The position numbers and the translations under genes were made by a program. The notes under the pieces were generated by a model. That model was not told the DNA's origin and did no database searches. It saw only the letters and a program-made list of their open reading frames with translations. Of a DNA stretch of 64,000 nt, positions 49,967-60,300 are shown piece after piece. The stretch lies in NCBI GenBank assembly GCA_002269645.1, contig NIVC01000135.1:186001-250000 (forward strand). Reading direction: 5' to 3'. Position 1 is the first letter of the stretch. Each line of letters starts with the position of its first letter. The DNA comes from Macrostomum lignano. Its lineage: Eukaryota.

Positions 49967-50660
49967 TATCGCTTTTGACGCTCTAGATAAGACTTTAGAC
50001 ATTCAAAATAAGACTGCATAGGATCGCAAGCAAGGCCAGGCTAGCCACGGCCAGAGCAAGCCCAGTCTTGGCTGCAGGGATGGCTTGGCCATAGACTAAA
50101 AAATGGAATATCAAAATGAGAATAAGACGCTCAATATGAGACCGGGAGTGAACGTAATTTATTTGCTTTTTGGCAGTCACCATACAAACAGCTAAGGAGA
50201 AATTAGGCAATAAACAAGAAGCAGAATAGCATATCGAAATGTTTAGTCCATTTAGTCCGCAGCGATCCTAAAGGCGGACGCTCTCTTGATCTTGAGAATT
50301 TGAGCGGCAGCTAGGATGGTTGATCCATTGTTTACTGCGTCGATCAGACGCTGACGGTCTGCTGCAGGAATCGATGGTGCCATCACAGTGAGATCCAAGG
50401 GGTCAGATGCAACCCAAGGGGTGAAGAAGGAGAGCTGGCTGAGGGTCAGCGGGTTAGAGCGATATCTGAAGGCTTTCACACTCAGTCTCATATTGAGCGT
50501 CTTATTCTCATTTTGATATTCCATTTTTTAGTTTATGGCCAAGCCATTCCTGCCGCCAAGACTGGGCTTGCTTTGGCCGTGGCTAGCCTGGCCTTGCTTG
50601 CGATCCTATGCAGTCTTATTTTGAATGTCTAAAGTCTTATCTAGAGCGTCAAAAGCGATA
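49967..50660 (-). mobile_element. Non-autonomous Tc1/mariner-IS630-like element with ~176-bp TIRs
   Basis: Inverted arms 49967-50142 and 50485-50660, TA at both ends. Spacer encodes MAPSIPAADRQRLIDAVNNGSTILAAAQILKIKRASAFRI, an HTH-like transposase N-terminus. Confidence 0.65.
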
Positions 50661-50929
50661 TCTCTGTAGTGTATTTTTCGGCGAAAAGTTGCCTTCAAAA
50701 CATTTACCATAGATTTCGAGTGTTGCGTCCTTCTACTTAAGTTGTCCTTGGGTATAACATCGTGCCAGAGAAACACAAGTAGAAGTTGTACCAGTGAGAA
50801 TTAAGCAGCTGAAATTGAAAGCAAATTATTAAGTAAGAACGCAATGTCCAGCCTGCAGTGGCGGAAGCGTCTGGACCTGTCAGTCACTGTTTAGCAGTGT
50901 AAAGTTCCACCAGCCACCGTCAAACCGAT

Positions 50930-51144
50930 ATGTCTCTGCCTGTTCACCAGGGTGCCTCTGCCGGACCGAAGTCCTGGCTGCGGTGGATCAGAATGCTGCT
51001 CAGACGAAGCCCAGTCAGGGCGGTGCTCCTGCTGTGCGGTTTGGCACTGGCTCTGCTTGCTGCAGCCGATCTGGCAAGGAGTTCCTGGGTAGCTGAGCCA
51101 AATAGCATTCTAGGCGACGAGTCTGCTCAGCTGGATAAATTCAG
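50930..51144 (+). CDS. Candidate alternative first coding exon 1a (cytoplasmic tail plus TM anchor) of DUF229 copy C
   Basis: MSLPVHQG..KSWLRWIRMLLRRSPVRAVLLLCGLALALLAAADL..LDKF-AG|GTGAGC; the phase-2 donor fits the acceptor at 61915; paralogous to 57394-57608. Confidence 0.6.
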
Positions 51145-51217
51145 GTGAGCAGATTTAGGTGGTGCCTGAGCACTTGAAATTGTACCGTATATAAATATGG
51201 CTCTAAAAGCTCTACAA

Positions 51218-51468
51218 GGGTTTTTTGCCTAGTGGTCAGAGCGTCGAACTCACGACTGAAAGGTCGGGGGTTCGATTTCCGACCCCACTCGGAAAAATTA
51301 GTGTCCCGGAACAAGACACTTAACTTTGCATTGCTTCAGTTCACCCAGCTGTAAAAAGGGTGCCAGCATTGGCACGCAGCCTTCAGACGCGCCGCGCAAC
51401 AGCTGCGGCTGGGCTATCGGTTGCACATCTACCAATTAGGGCAGGCGTAATAAATACAATAGTAGTAA
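51218..51468 (+). mobile_element. tRNA-derived CORE-type SINE
   Basis: A-box TAGTGGTCAGAG (51230), B-box GGTTCGATTTCC (51269), then GTGTCCCGGAACAAGACACTTAACTTTGCATTGCTTCAGTTCACCCAGCTGTAAAAAGGG resembling the MIR/CORE domain; A-rich tail. Confidence 0.75.
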
Positions 51469-51892
51469 TCGCAATTAATGAAGCATATATTTTCTCCCGA
51501 GTTCATTTAGTAGCGGCTAGCCAGTAAGAGGGCGCAGGCTGCAGTGTGCTTGGTTTCGTAGATTTATTGACATGCTAATATAAAAAGCTACCAGATCCAC
51601 AGGTATCAAAAGAAACCATAAAAAGCATTCGTCAAAGTCCTACATAAGAATAATCGTAGTTTTGCATATCATATCTGCCAATGACTTCAAGCGATTCGCT
51701 CCCGTGGGTACATCTGTTTGCAGAGCAGCCGATTCGCAAGGACGTCTTCCTGCTCAGGCGTTTCCAAATGGCGCCAAAATCACTGAGAAAGATTTCGAAG
51801 AAGTTCAATTTATTTAAGTGCAAATTCTGAATTATATAATAGCCTTTTGCATTACACTAGATAAAAACTTTATTGTGTTTTTATCATACAAA

Positions 51893-52900
51893 TGTAGTGA
51901 TCCGCTAGTTGATGTTAGGCGTCCCACTTTGTCAGCAGTCTTCCTCGCCCTCGCCCTGGGTTGCTGTCTGCCGCTGGTCAGCTTCTCGCCCCCTTTGGCC
52001 CGTCTGTTGCTGCCCTTGGCCTTGGCCCTTCTGCGTCTCTGTTCTCAGCCCTCAGCTTCTCTGCTGTGGGCTGTCTCTGTTTCGTTCCCGTCCCGTTTTC
52101 CTCTGTCATGTGAGCAAGTCACATGACAGACTCTGCGTTCTTCGAGTCCTAAAGTACAGTAAACATGTTTACTGCACTCGTTGGCCCTGTTTACCGGGAG
52201 AATCGCGTGCTTTCGGACCCCTCCCTTCTCTAAGGAGAGGAGTGACTCATGTTGCTAAAAATAGCAACTGAGTCACAGCCGCGTGTACTCTGGCCGGAGA
52301 CCTCAAGTGACGTCAGTTCTAAAAATAGAACGAGTCACGAGGTCTTCCGCACGCTTGTACCCTGCCCAAGACCCTCAAGTGACGTCAGTTCTAAAAATAG
52401 AACAAGTCACGAGGTCTTGTGCGTGGGTGTTTCCCGGCTATAAATAGGACCCCTCTCCCTTGTTTCCGTCAAGGAGGCTTCTTATCTGCGGAGAATTCAC
52501 TAAGATCCCGTGTGCGTCAGTGTCTAACTAAGTGCCCTTTGCGTACTGAATCCGTTTGTACTGGTCTGACTGAGACCCCACTAAAGCCCAAGCCTAAGGG
52601 AGGCTAACACTGCCTTCCCAGCCACCCCTGAGCCCAGCGGGGATCTGCTGATCAGGACGCCTTGTTCATTAATCTGCAAATCTGCACGCTGTGCTGAGTT
52701 CGTTGACTTGTTTATTTCGTTCCGACGGGAAGCTCACCTCACCGAAAGCCGAGACCTGAAGGAACTGGTGGCAGCACTACCTACGCTACTGAGAGTTGAG
52801 AGAATTTCCCACTGAAGAGGCTCGAGTCTTAAGGTAATCCGCAAGGGCCTAATCCGGGAAGCAAACAGCCTCTATTTCACTGGTGGCAGCGGTGGGATTC
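51893..52900 (+). mobile_element. Orphan 5' LTR plus tRNA-Leu PBS (5' boundary approximate, internal region absent)
   Basis: ..TATTTCA (52879), then TGGTGGCAGCGGTGGGATTC (52881-52900), the 20-nt complement of a eukaryotic tRNA-Leu 3' end. Upstream are AP-1 sites, a duplicated CRE-containing ~48-bp block and TATAAATA (52439). Confidence 0.7.
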
Positions 52901-53464
52901 AAAGACCTACCAGGCCACCCCGAGAAAACCATAACCACAACACAAAGTAAAATTTCAACTAAAAATTTTCTATTGAGGGCAATGTTTTCAAATTTACACA
53001 AGCTAGGCGCTTGGTCTATAGAAAACAGCTGAATGACACATCAGCTTGAAGACAGAGACGCGCCAAAGTAAAATTTTCTTTCATACCTCGTCGATGGCAT
53101 TCCCATGCCACTCTTTAGTTAAGCCATTTTGAATTGCAAAACGCACCGAAAAGAATGGCGGCTCGTTATAAGTTGCAGCCAGGGGTTCCTTGGTCGATGC
53201 AGGTGGTGGTCCTTGACAACCTCAATTACAGATATTCACAATTCAGTAAAGGACGATCATTCCATTTCAAACTTCAAGCTTAAACAAAACTCCCCATTTT
53301 TCTTCAATCACTTCTACGATTTCTCGAAGGCCCATAAGATTGAAAATTGTAAAGCACTTTCAAGTCCCTATCGATCAGTTGACTACCTGATGCACTGCTT
53401 GGCTCTTAAACCGAGTCATAAAACTGGGTAGCACAACCTTCTCTACGCTAATAAATCTTAGTAT

Positions 53465-53838
53465 AGCCCCTGCCACCCATCTGTAACTGCTGATACTCAA
53501 CTGCAACCCCTGCCACCCATCTGTAACTGCTGCTACTCAACTGCAACCCCTGCTACTCAACTGCAACCCCTGCTACTCAACTGCAACCCCTGCTACTCAA
53601 CTGCAACCCAGATGCTACTCAACTGCAACCCCTGCTACTCAACTGCAACCCCTGCTACTCAACTGCAACCCCTGCTACTCAACTGGAACCCCTGCTACTC
53701 AACTGCAACCCCTGCTACTCAACTGCAACCCCTGCTACTCAACTGCAACCCCTGCTACTCAACTGCAACCCCTGCTACTCAACTGCAACCCCTGCTACTC
53801 AACTGCAACCCCTGCTACTCAACTGCAACCCCTGCTAC
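53465..53838 (+). repeat. 20-bp minisatellite (CTACTCAACTGCAACCCCTG)
   Basis: Seen directly. Confidence 0.95.
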
Positions 53839-54274
53839 TTAACTTTTCTATTAGTGTTCAAATTATACTGAAAAAAATGGCTTTCTTAAAATGGGTCAGT
53901 AGCTTAGTAAGCAATTCTGCTTTTACTAAATGGAATACGATTAAATTTGACAAGTTAATAGAATTATCAATGTGAATCAGTTAAATGCGATATTTGTCTG
54001 CAATAGTCGCAAACAGGGCAGATTTCTGTGGACACAACACTAAATCAGATAACGTATTTGCTGGGTTGATGGGCAGAATATAACCAACTAGACATGTAAA
54101 CCGTGTATCTACATGTATTTACCACCGGCACGAATCTGCACCCTTTTGACTCGACGGATTCATGTTCTTTCCTGTTCCAGATGTTACGCATCTATTTGAA
54201 TCTGTAACAAATTTTGGCTGTGCTTCCAGCGAATTTTAGCTGTATGTTTGAAGCTTACGAGAAAATTATCATTG

Positions 54275-56860
54275 ACACATTGCCGAGACTCATTGGTGCC
54301 TCAAAATCCGTCATCCAAGACACTCATCGGTGCCCCGAAATCCATCATCCAAGTGTCCCAAAACCTATCATCGAAGAGACGCATTGGTGCCCCAAAATCC
54401 ATCATCCAAGTGACTCATTGGTGCCCCAAAATCCATCATCCAAGTGACTCATCGGTGCCCCAAAATCCATCATCCAAGAGACTCATCGGTGCCCCGAAAT
54501 CCATCATCCAAGTGTCCCAAAACCTATCATCGAAGAGACGCATTGGTGCCCCAAAATCCATCATCCAAGTGACTCATTGGTGCCCCAAAATCCATCATCC
54601 AAGTGACTCATCGGTGCCCCAAAATCCATCATCCAAGAGACGCATTGGTGCCCCAAAATCCATCATCCAAGTGACTCATTGGTGCCCCAAAATCCATCAT
54701 CCAAGTGACTCATCGGTGCCCCAAAATCCATCATCCAAGTGACTCATTGGTGCCCCAAAATCCATCATCCAAGTGACTCATCGGTGCCCCAAAATCCATC
54801 ATCCAAGAGACTCATCGGTGCCCCAAAATCCATCATCCAAGTGACTCATCGGTGCCCCAAAATCCATCATCCAAGAGACGCATTGGTGCCCCAAAATCCA
54901 TCATCCAAGTGACTCATTGGTGCCTCAAAATCCATCATTCAAGTGACTCATTGGTGCCTCAAAATCCATCATTCAAGTGACTCATCGGTGCCCCAAAATC
55001 CATCATCCAAGTGACTCATCGGTGCCCCAAAATCCATCATCCAAGAGACTCATCGGTGCCCCAAAATCCATCATCCAAGTGACTCATCGGTGCCCCAAAA
55101 TCCATCATCCAAGTGACGCATTGGTGCCCCAAAATCCATCATCCAAGAGACTCATCGGTGCCCCAAAATCCATCATCCAAGTGACGCATTGGTGCCCCAA
55201 AATCCATCATCCAAGTGACTCATTGGTGCCTCAAAATCCATCATTCAAGAGACTCATCGGTGCCCCGAAATCCATCATCCAAGTGACTCATTGGTGCCCC
55301 AAAATCCATCATCCAAGAGACTCATTGGTGCCCCAAAATCCATCATCGAAGAGACTCATCGGTGCCCCAAAATCCATCATCCAAGTGACTCATCGGTGCC
55401 CCAAAATCCATCATCGAAGAGACGCATTGGTGCCCCAAAATCCATCATCCAAGTGACTCATTGGTGCCTCAAAATCCATCATTCAAGAGACTCATCGGTG
55501 CCCCGAAATCCATCATCCAAGTGACTCATTGGTGCCCCAAAATCCATCATCCAAGTGACTCATTGGTGCCCCAAAATCCATCATCGAAGAGACTCATCGG
55601 TGCCCCAAAATCCATCATCCAAGTGACTCATCGGTGCCCCAAAATCCATCATCCAAGAGACTCATTGGTGCCTCAAAATCCATCATCCAAGTGACTCATT
55701 GGTGCCCCAAAATCCATCATCGAAGAGACTCATCGGTGCCCCAAAATCCATCATCCAAGTGACTCATCGGTGCCCCAAAATCCATCATCCAAGTGACTCA
55801 TCGGTGCCCCAAAATCCATCATCCAAGAGACTCATTGGTGCCTCAAAATCCATCATCCAAGAGACTCATTGGTGCCCCAAAATCCATCATCGAAGAGACT
55901 CATCGGTGCCCCAAAATCCATCATCCAAGAGACTCATCGGTGCCCCAAAATCCATCATCCAAGTGACTCATCGGTGCCCCAAAATCCATCATCCAAGAGA
56001 CTCATCGGTGCCCCAAAATCCATCATCCAAGTGACTCATTGGTGCCTCAAAATCCATCATTCAAGAGACTCATCGGTGCCTCAAAATCCATCATCCTGGC
56101 CTAGTGACTCATCGGTGCCTCAAAATCCATCATCCTGGCCTAGTGACTCATCGGTGCCTCAAAATCCATCATCCTAGTGATTCATTGGTGCCTCAAAATC
56201 CATCATCCAAGAGACACATTGGTGCCCCGAAATCCATCATCCAAGAGACTCATTGGTGCCTCAAAATCCATCATCCAAGAGACGCATTGGTGCCCCGAAA
56301 TCCATCATCCAAGAGACTCATTTGGTGCCTCAAATCCATCATCCAAGAGACGCATTGGTGCCCCAAAATCCATCATCCAAGTGACTCATTGGTGCCTCAA
56401 AATCCATCATCCAAGAGACTCATCGGTGCCCCAAAATCCATCATCCAAGAGACTCATTGGTGCCTCAAAATCCATCATCCAAATGACTCATTGGTGCCTC
56501 AAATCCATCATCCAAGAGACGCATTGGTGCCCCAAAATCCATCATCCAAGTGACTCATTGGTGCCCCAAAATCCATCATCCAAGTGACTCATCGGTGTCT
56601 CAAAACCCATCATCCTAGTGACTCATTTGTACTTGAAAATCCATCATCCTAGTGACTCATTTGTACTTGAAAACCCATCATCCTAGTCACTCATCGGTGC
56701 CCCAAAATCCATCATCCAAGTGACTCATTTGTACTTCAAAATTCATAATCCAAGTGACTCATTGGTGCCTCAAAATCCATCATCCAAGAGACTCATTGGT
56801 GCCTCAAAATCCATCATCCAAGAGACGCATTGGTGCCTCAAAATCATTAGCCAAGTGACC
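54275..56860 (+). repeat. 34-bp minisatellite (GTGACTCATCGGTGCCCCAAAATCCATCATCCAA)
   Basis: Seen directly; about 2.6 kb. Confidence 0.97.
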
Positions 56861-57393
56861 CATCGCCACAAATGGTGCTATACTTGGAGAAGCCAACAGC
56901 TACAATATATGCATACTTTACACAGTCATTAGTAATATGGTTGACTGTAGTTTGCCGCCTGCACTTGTGTTTAACATAATTGCGCCATTATTCAGAAGTG
57001 AAGGAACTACACCAAAGTCTGATGTAGTAACACTTCCAATGTTGGCTGGGCCTCCAACTTTTGCTGCAGTGGTTAAGGGCTACGAAGAATTGGCTGCATG
57101 AGGGAAGTGTCGAGTTTCAATACTGGCCAATGCTGTTCCGTACGTGTGCTGATACAGCAACACCAGACGAAACGCAGGTCTGTCTCTCGTGCAGCCAAAC
57201 CCGGTCTGGGAGTGGCGCGGGCTCTGTCCACACCCAGCCAATTATCAGCCTTTGCGATCTGGTGTGAAACGCACAGCTGCGGTCGATTTAGAAATCTGCC
57301 GAACTGCTTTACCCTGCGTAGTTCAAGTACAACTTCTGGTAAGCTAAGCGGATAAAACTTAAGCTGTTGGTTGCTGCCTGTCTGTTCCAAGTG

Positions 57394-60300
57394 ATGCACG
57401 GACTCACGCACAAGAGCCAGTCTGCCAGCCTGAAGTCCTGGCTGCGGTTGTTGAGAATGGTGTGCAGAGGAAAGTCAGTCAGGGCGGTGCTCCTGCTGTG
57501 CGGCTTGGCGCTGGCTCTGCTTGCAGCAGCCGACCTGACCAGAAAATTTAGAGGAGCCGCGCCGATTGACAGCCGAGGTGACGAGTTTGCTCAGTTGGAA
57601 AAATTCAGGTCAGCAGATTTCAGGTGTCTGAGCGCTTGGACTTAAAAGCGATTTTTAGAATTAACTTTTATAACTTTTAAAAGATGCCTATTTCCGACTA
57701 ATTCAGTTATTCTGCTGAGAGTCACAGCAAATTTACTCAGAAATGACCCAGAAAAACAGCTATCACAACCTCACCTGTGAATAATTGGCTTGCAGAGCTC
57801 GCAAGTTTTCGACCGGTTCCAAAATCACTGCAACAGATTTCGAAGAAATTCAATTGAGGTGAGTGCAGCTCATAAGTTCAAAATTCTTTGTCTATTAGTT
57901 TTAACATAAGCCTGGAGAAACTGTATATGCAGTCAGACATTCTCTGCATAAATTCTGAAGTTATAAGTCAAGGCTTATAGTAGGCTTACTAGGGAAATTG
58001 CTTAGGCGTCAAGACAAATAGAATTCACATAAATAATTTTTGTCCCATTGCTTATTGGGTGCCCTTGGGGCACCAGATTGCTAGTTAACCCCCAGTTTTG
58101 GGTTCGTCGGACCTTTAATCAGGCTCTTCTTTTCACATGGAAGTCCCAGTCTGGCTCTTCTTTTCACATGGAAGTCCCAGTCAGGCTCTTCTTTTCACAT
58201 GGAAGTCCCAGTCTGGCTCTTCTTTTCACATGGAAGTCCCAGTCTGGCTCTTCTTTTCACATGGAAGTCCCAGTCTGGCTCTTCTTTTCACATGGAAGTC
58301 CCAGTCTGGCTCTTCTTTTCACATGGAAGTCCCAGTCTATGGTCAAGATTCAAGTGAAATTTGTTCTCAGGCCTAAAGACCACGCCTGAGAAAAGATTTC
58401 CAAGGACCGGTTTTCGAGACTGAGAGACGAAATGTACGTTTGAAACGAAACCATCATGAATAGCAATCTCTATCATTTTAAACTAGCTTTTAAAGAATAA
58501 CAGTGACGAAAAGTGATAAATTTAAAACATGAACGACATCCTTGCATTGGCAAATTGTGGGTCCTTCCAGAACGAGTACTCTTTTTTAAGAACAAAAGTG
58601 ACATGGTGCTGAAGCATAGCGAAAAATCCTTCACAGTGCTCGCATTGTAATTACATAAATCCTTCTTACGCACTTTAAGGAAGAACCTCTTCATCGAAAA
58701 ATTCCAATCACCGGGTGACCATTCCTCTAATTCACGAAGCACCAACAGGACGACAGTCTTACATGTACCTCGAAGTATGCTGTCCCGACGAACAGTTCTC
58801 TATTCGTTGAACACGGCTAGAGCCCATTGTTCCTTGTGCCATCAGGAATGGCGGATTGAATCTTCCACTCAATATCGTCAGAAGACAAATTGGCAAAGCG
58901 ACCACTTGATGCACTTGATGTGGACGCAGAAATGGTGCTAGACTGTGTATACAACGTTAGACGATGACATTTCGTTGAAAAATCGTCAATACAGCCAAAT
59001 TTTGAGATATCTTCAAAATTTTCTTTGTTACTCTGCTGGTAACTACGATCCGATCTGGTCTGGACTATCTGCATGCTGGTAATATTGGTTTTTGCATGCT
59101 AAGTGAGACATTTTTCAAGCAATCTGAGACTGAATAGCAAAAACACTATTGTCTATGGCCACCCCTCGCTGCAGCCCAGCTTTTTGGGATCGCCTTGAAA
59201 GCAAAGTGAGACATTTTTTCAAGCTAAGTGAGAACCATATTGAAAACAAAGGCTGGGCTATGGCAAATCAACTGCGTCTAACAAGCAACGAGGATAGAGA
59301 GCGCCGTCGTCAATGCCGTCGAAGATGGTTACTCAATTTCGACTGCGTCCAAAATCCTTAATCTTTTTTACCGGTTGTACAATTTTTGTACCGCTTGTTT
59401 TGTTGTGTTCCTGTGTATCCTTTTCTAAATATATAGTTTCCGACAGTACATCATTTTGTAATTTCGTAAAACACCCCTTTGTTTTCAATATGGTTCTCAC
59501 TTAGCTGTCTCACTTTACTTGCAAGGCGCGCCCAAAAAGCTGGGCTGCAGCGAGGGATGGCCATAGACAATAGTGTTTTTGCTATTCAGTCTCAGATTGC
59601 TTGAAAAATGTCTCACATAGCATGCAAAAACCAATACCAAGTCGGATAGGTCTCTCATCGCTGACATTTTGTCTGTGGTTAAAACCCTCAATGAAAAATG
59701 TATCAGTTTATTGGGGGTTAAATTTTATCACACGCAATAAAAAGATCGTTCTATGGTTGAAAGCCCTCGGACGCTATTCTCTGGCCTCGGCCTCATAAAA
59801 ACGCATCCTCGGACTTTCTTTTCCATAGAACGATTTATTATCGCGTGTGATAGTATACTTCTTATATACTAAATCTCTAATCTATGTCTGTCCGTGTAAA
59901 ACGCTCTACAGACTGCAATTCTTGACTGAGGGAATCGCTGAGATTTCAAGGCTTGCTGGGGGGAATTGCTGAGATTTCAAGGCTTACTGGGAGGAATTGC
60001 TGAGATTTCAAGGCTTACTGGGGGGAATTGCTGAGATTTCAAGGCTTGCTGGGGGGAATTGCTGAGATTTCAAGGCTTACTGGGAGGAATTGCTGAGATT
60101 TCAAGGCTTACTGGGAGGAATTGCTGAGATTTCAAGGCTTACTTGGGGGAATTGCTGAGTTGTCAAGGCTTTCTGGGGGAATTGCTGAGATTTCAAGGCT
60201 TGCTGGGGGGAATTGCTGAGATTTCAAGGCTTGCTGGGGGGAATTGCTGAAATGTCAAGGCTAACTGGGGGAATTGCTGAAATGTCAAGGCTTACTGAGG

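Noticed and set aside
51218-51300. tRNA gene (also considered at 11045-11100)
   Set aside because: A and B boxes are present, but there is no complete cloverleaf and the sequence continues into a SINE body.
53000-53450. Coding-like segment after the orphan LTR as a gag remnant
   Set aside because: Stops in most frames and no motif that I could assign.
53612-56932. Cluster of PQNPSSK/HWCPKIHH repeat ORFs
   Set aside because: Frame-shifting translations of the 20-bp and 34-bp arrays.
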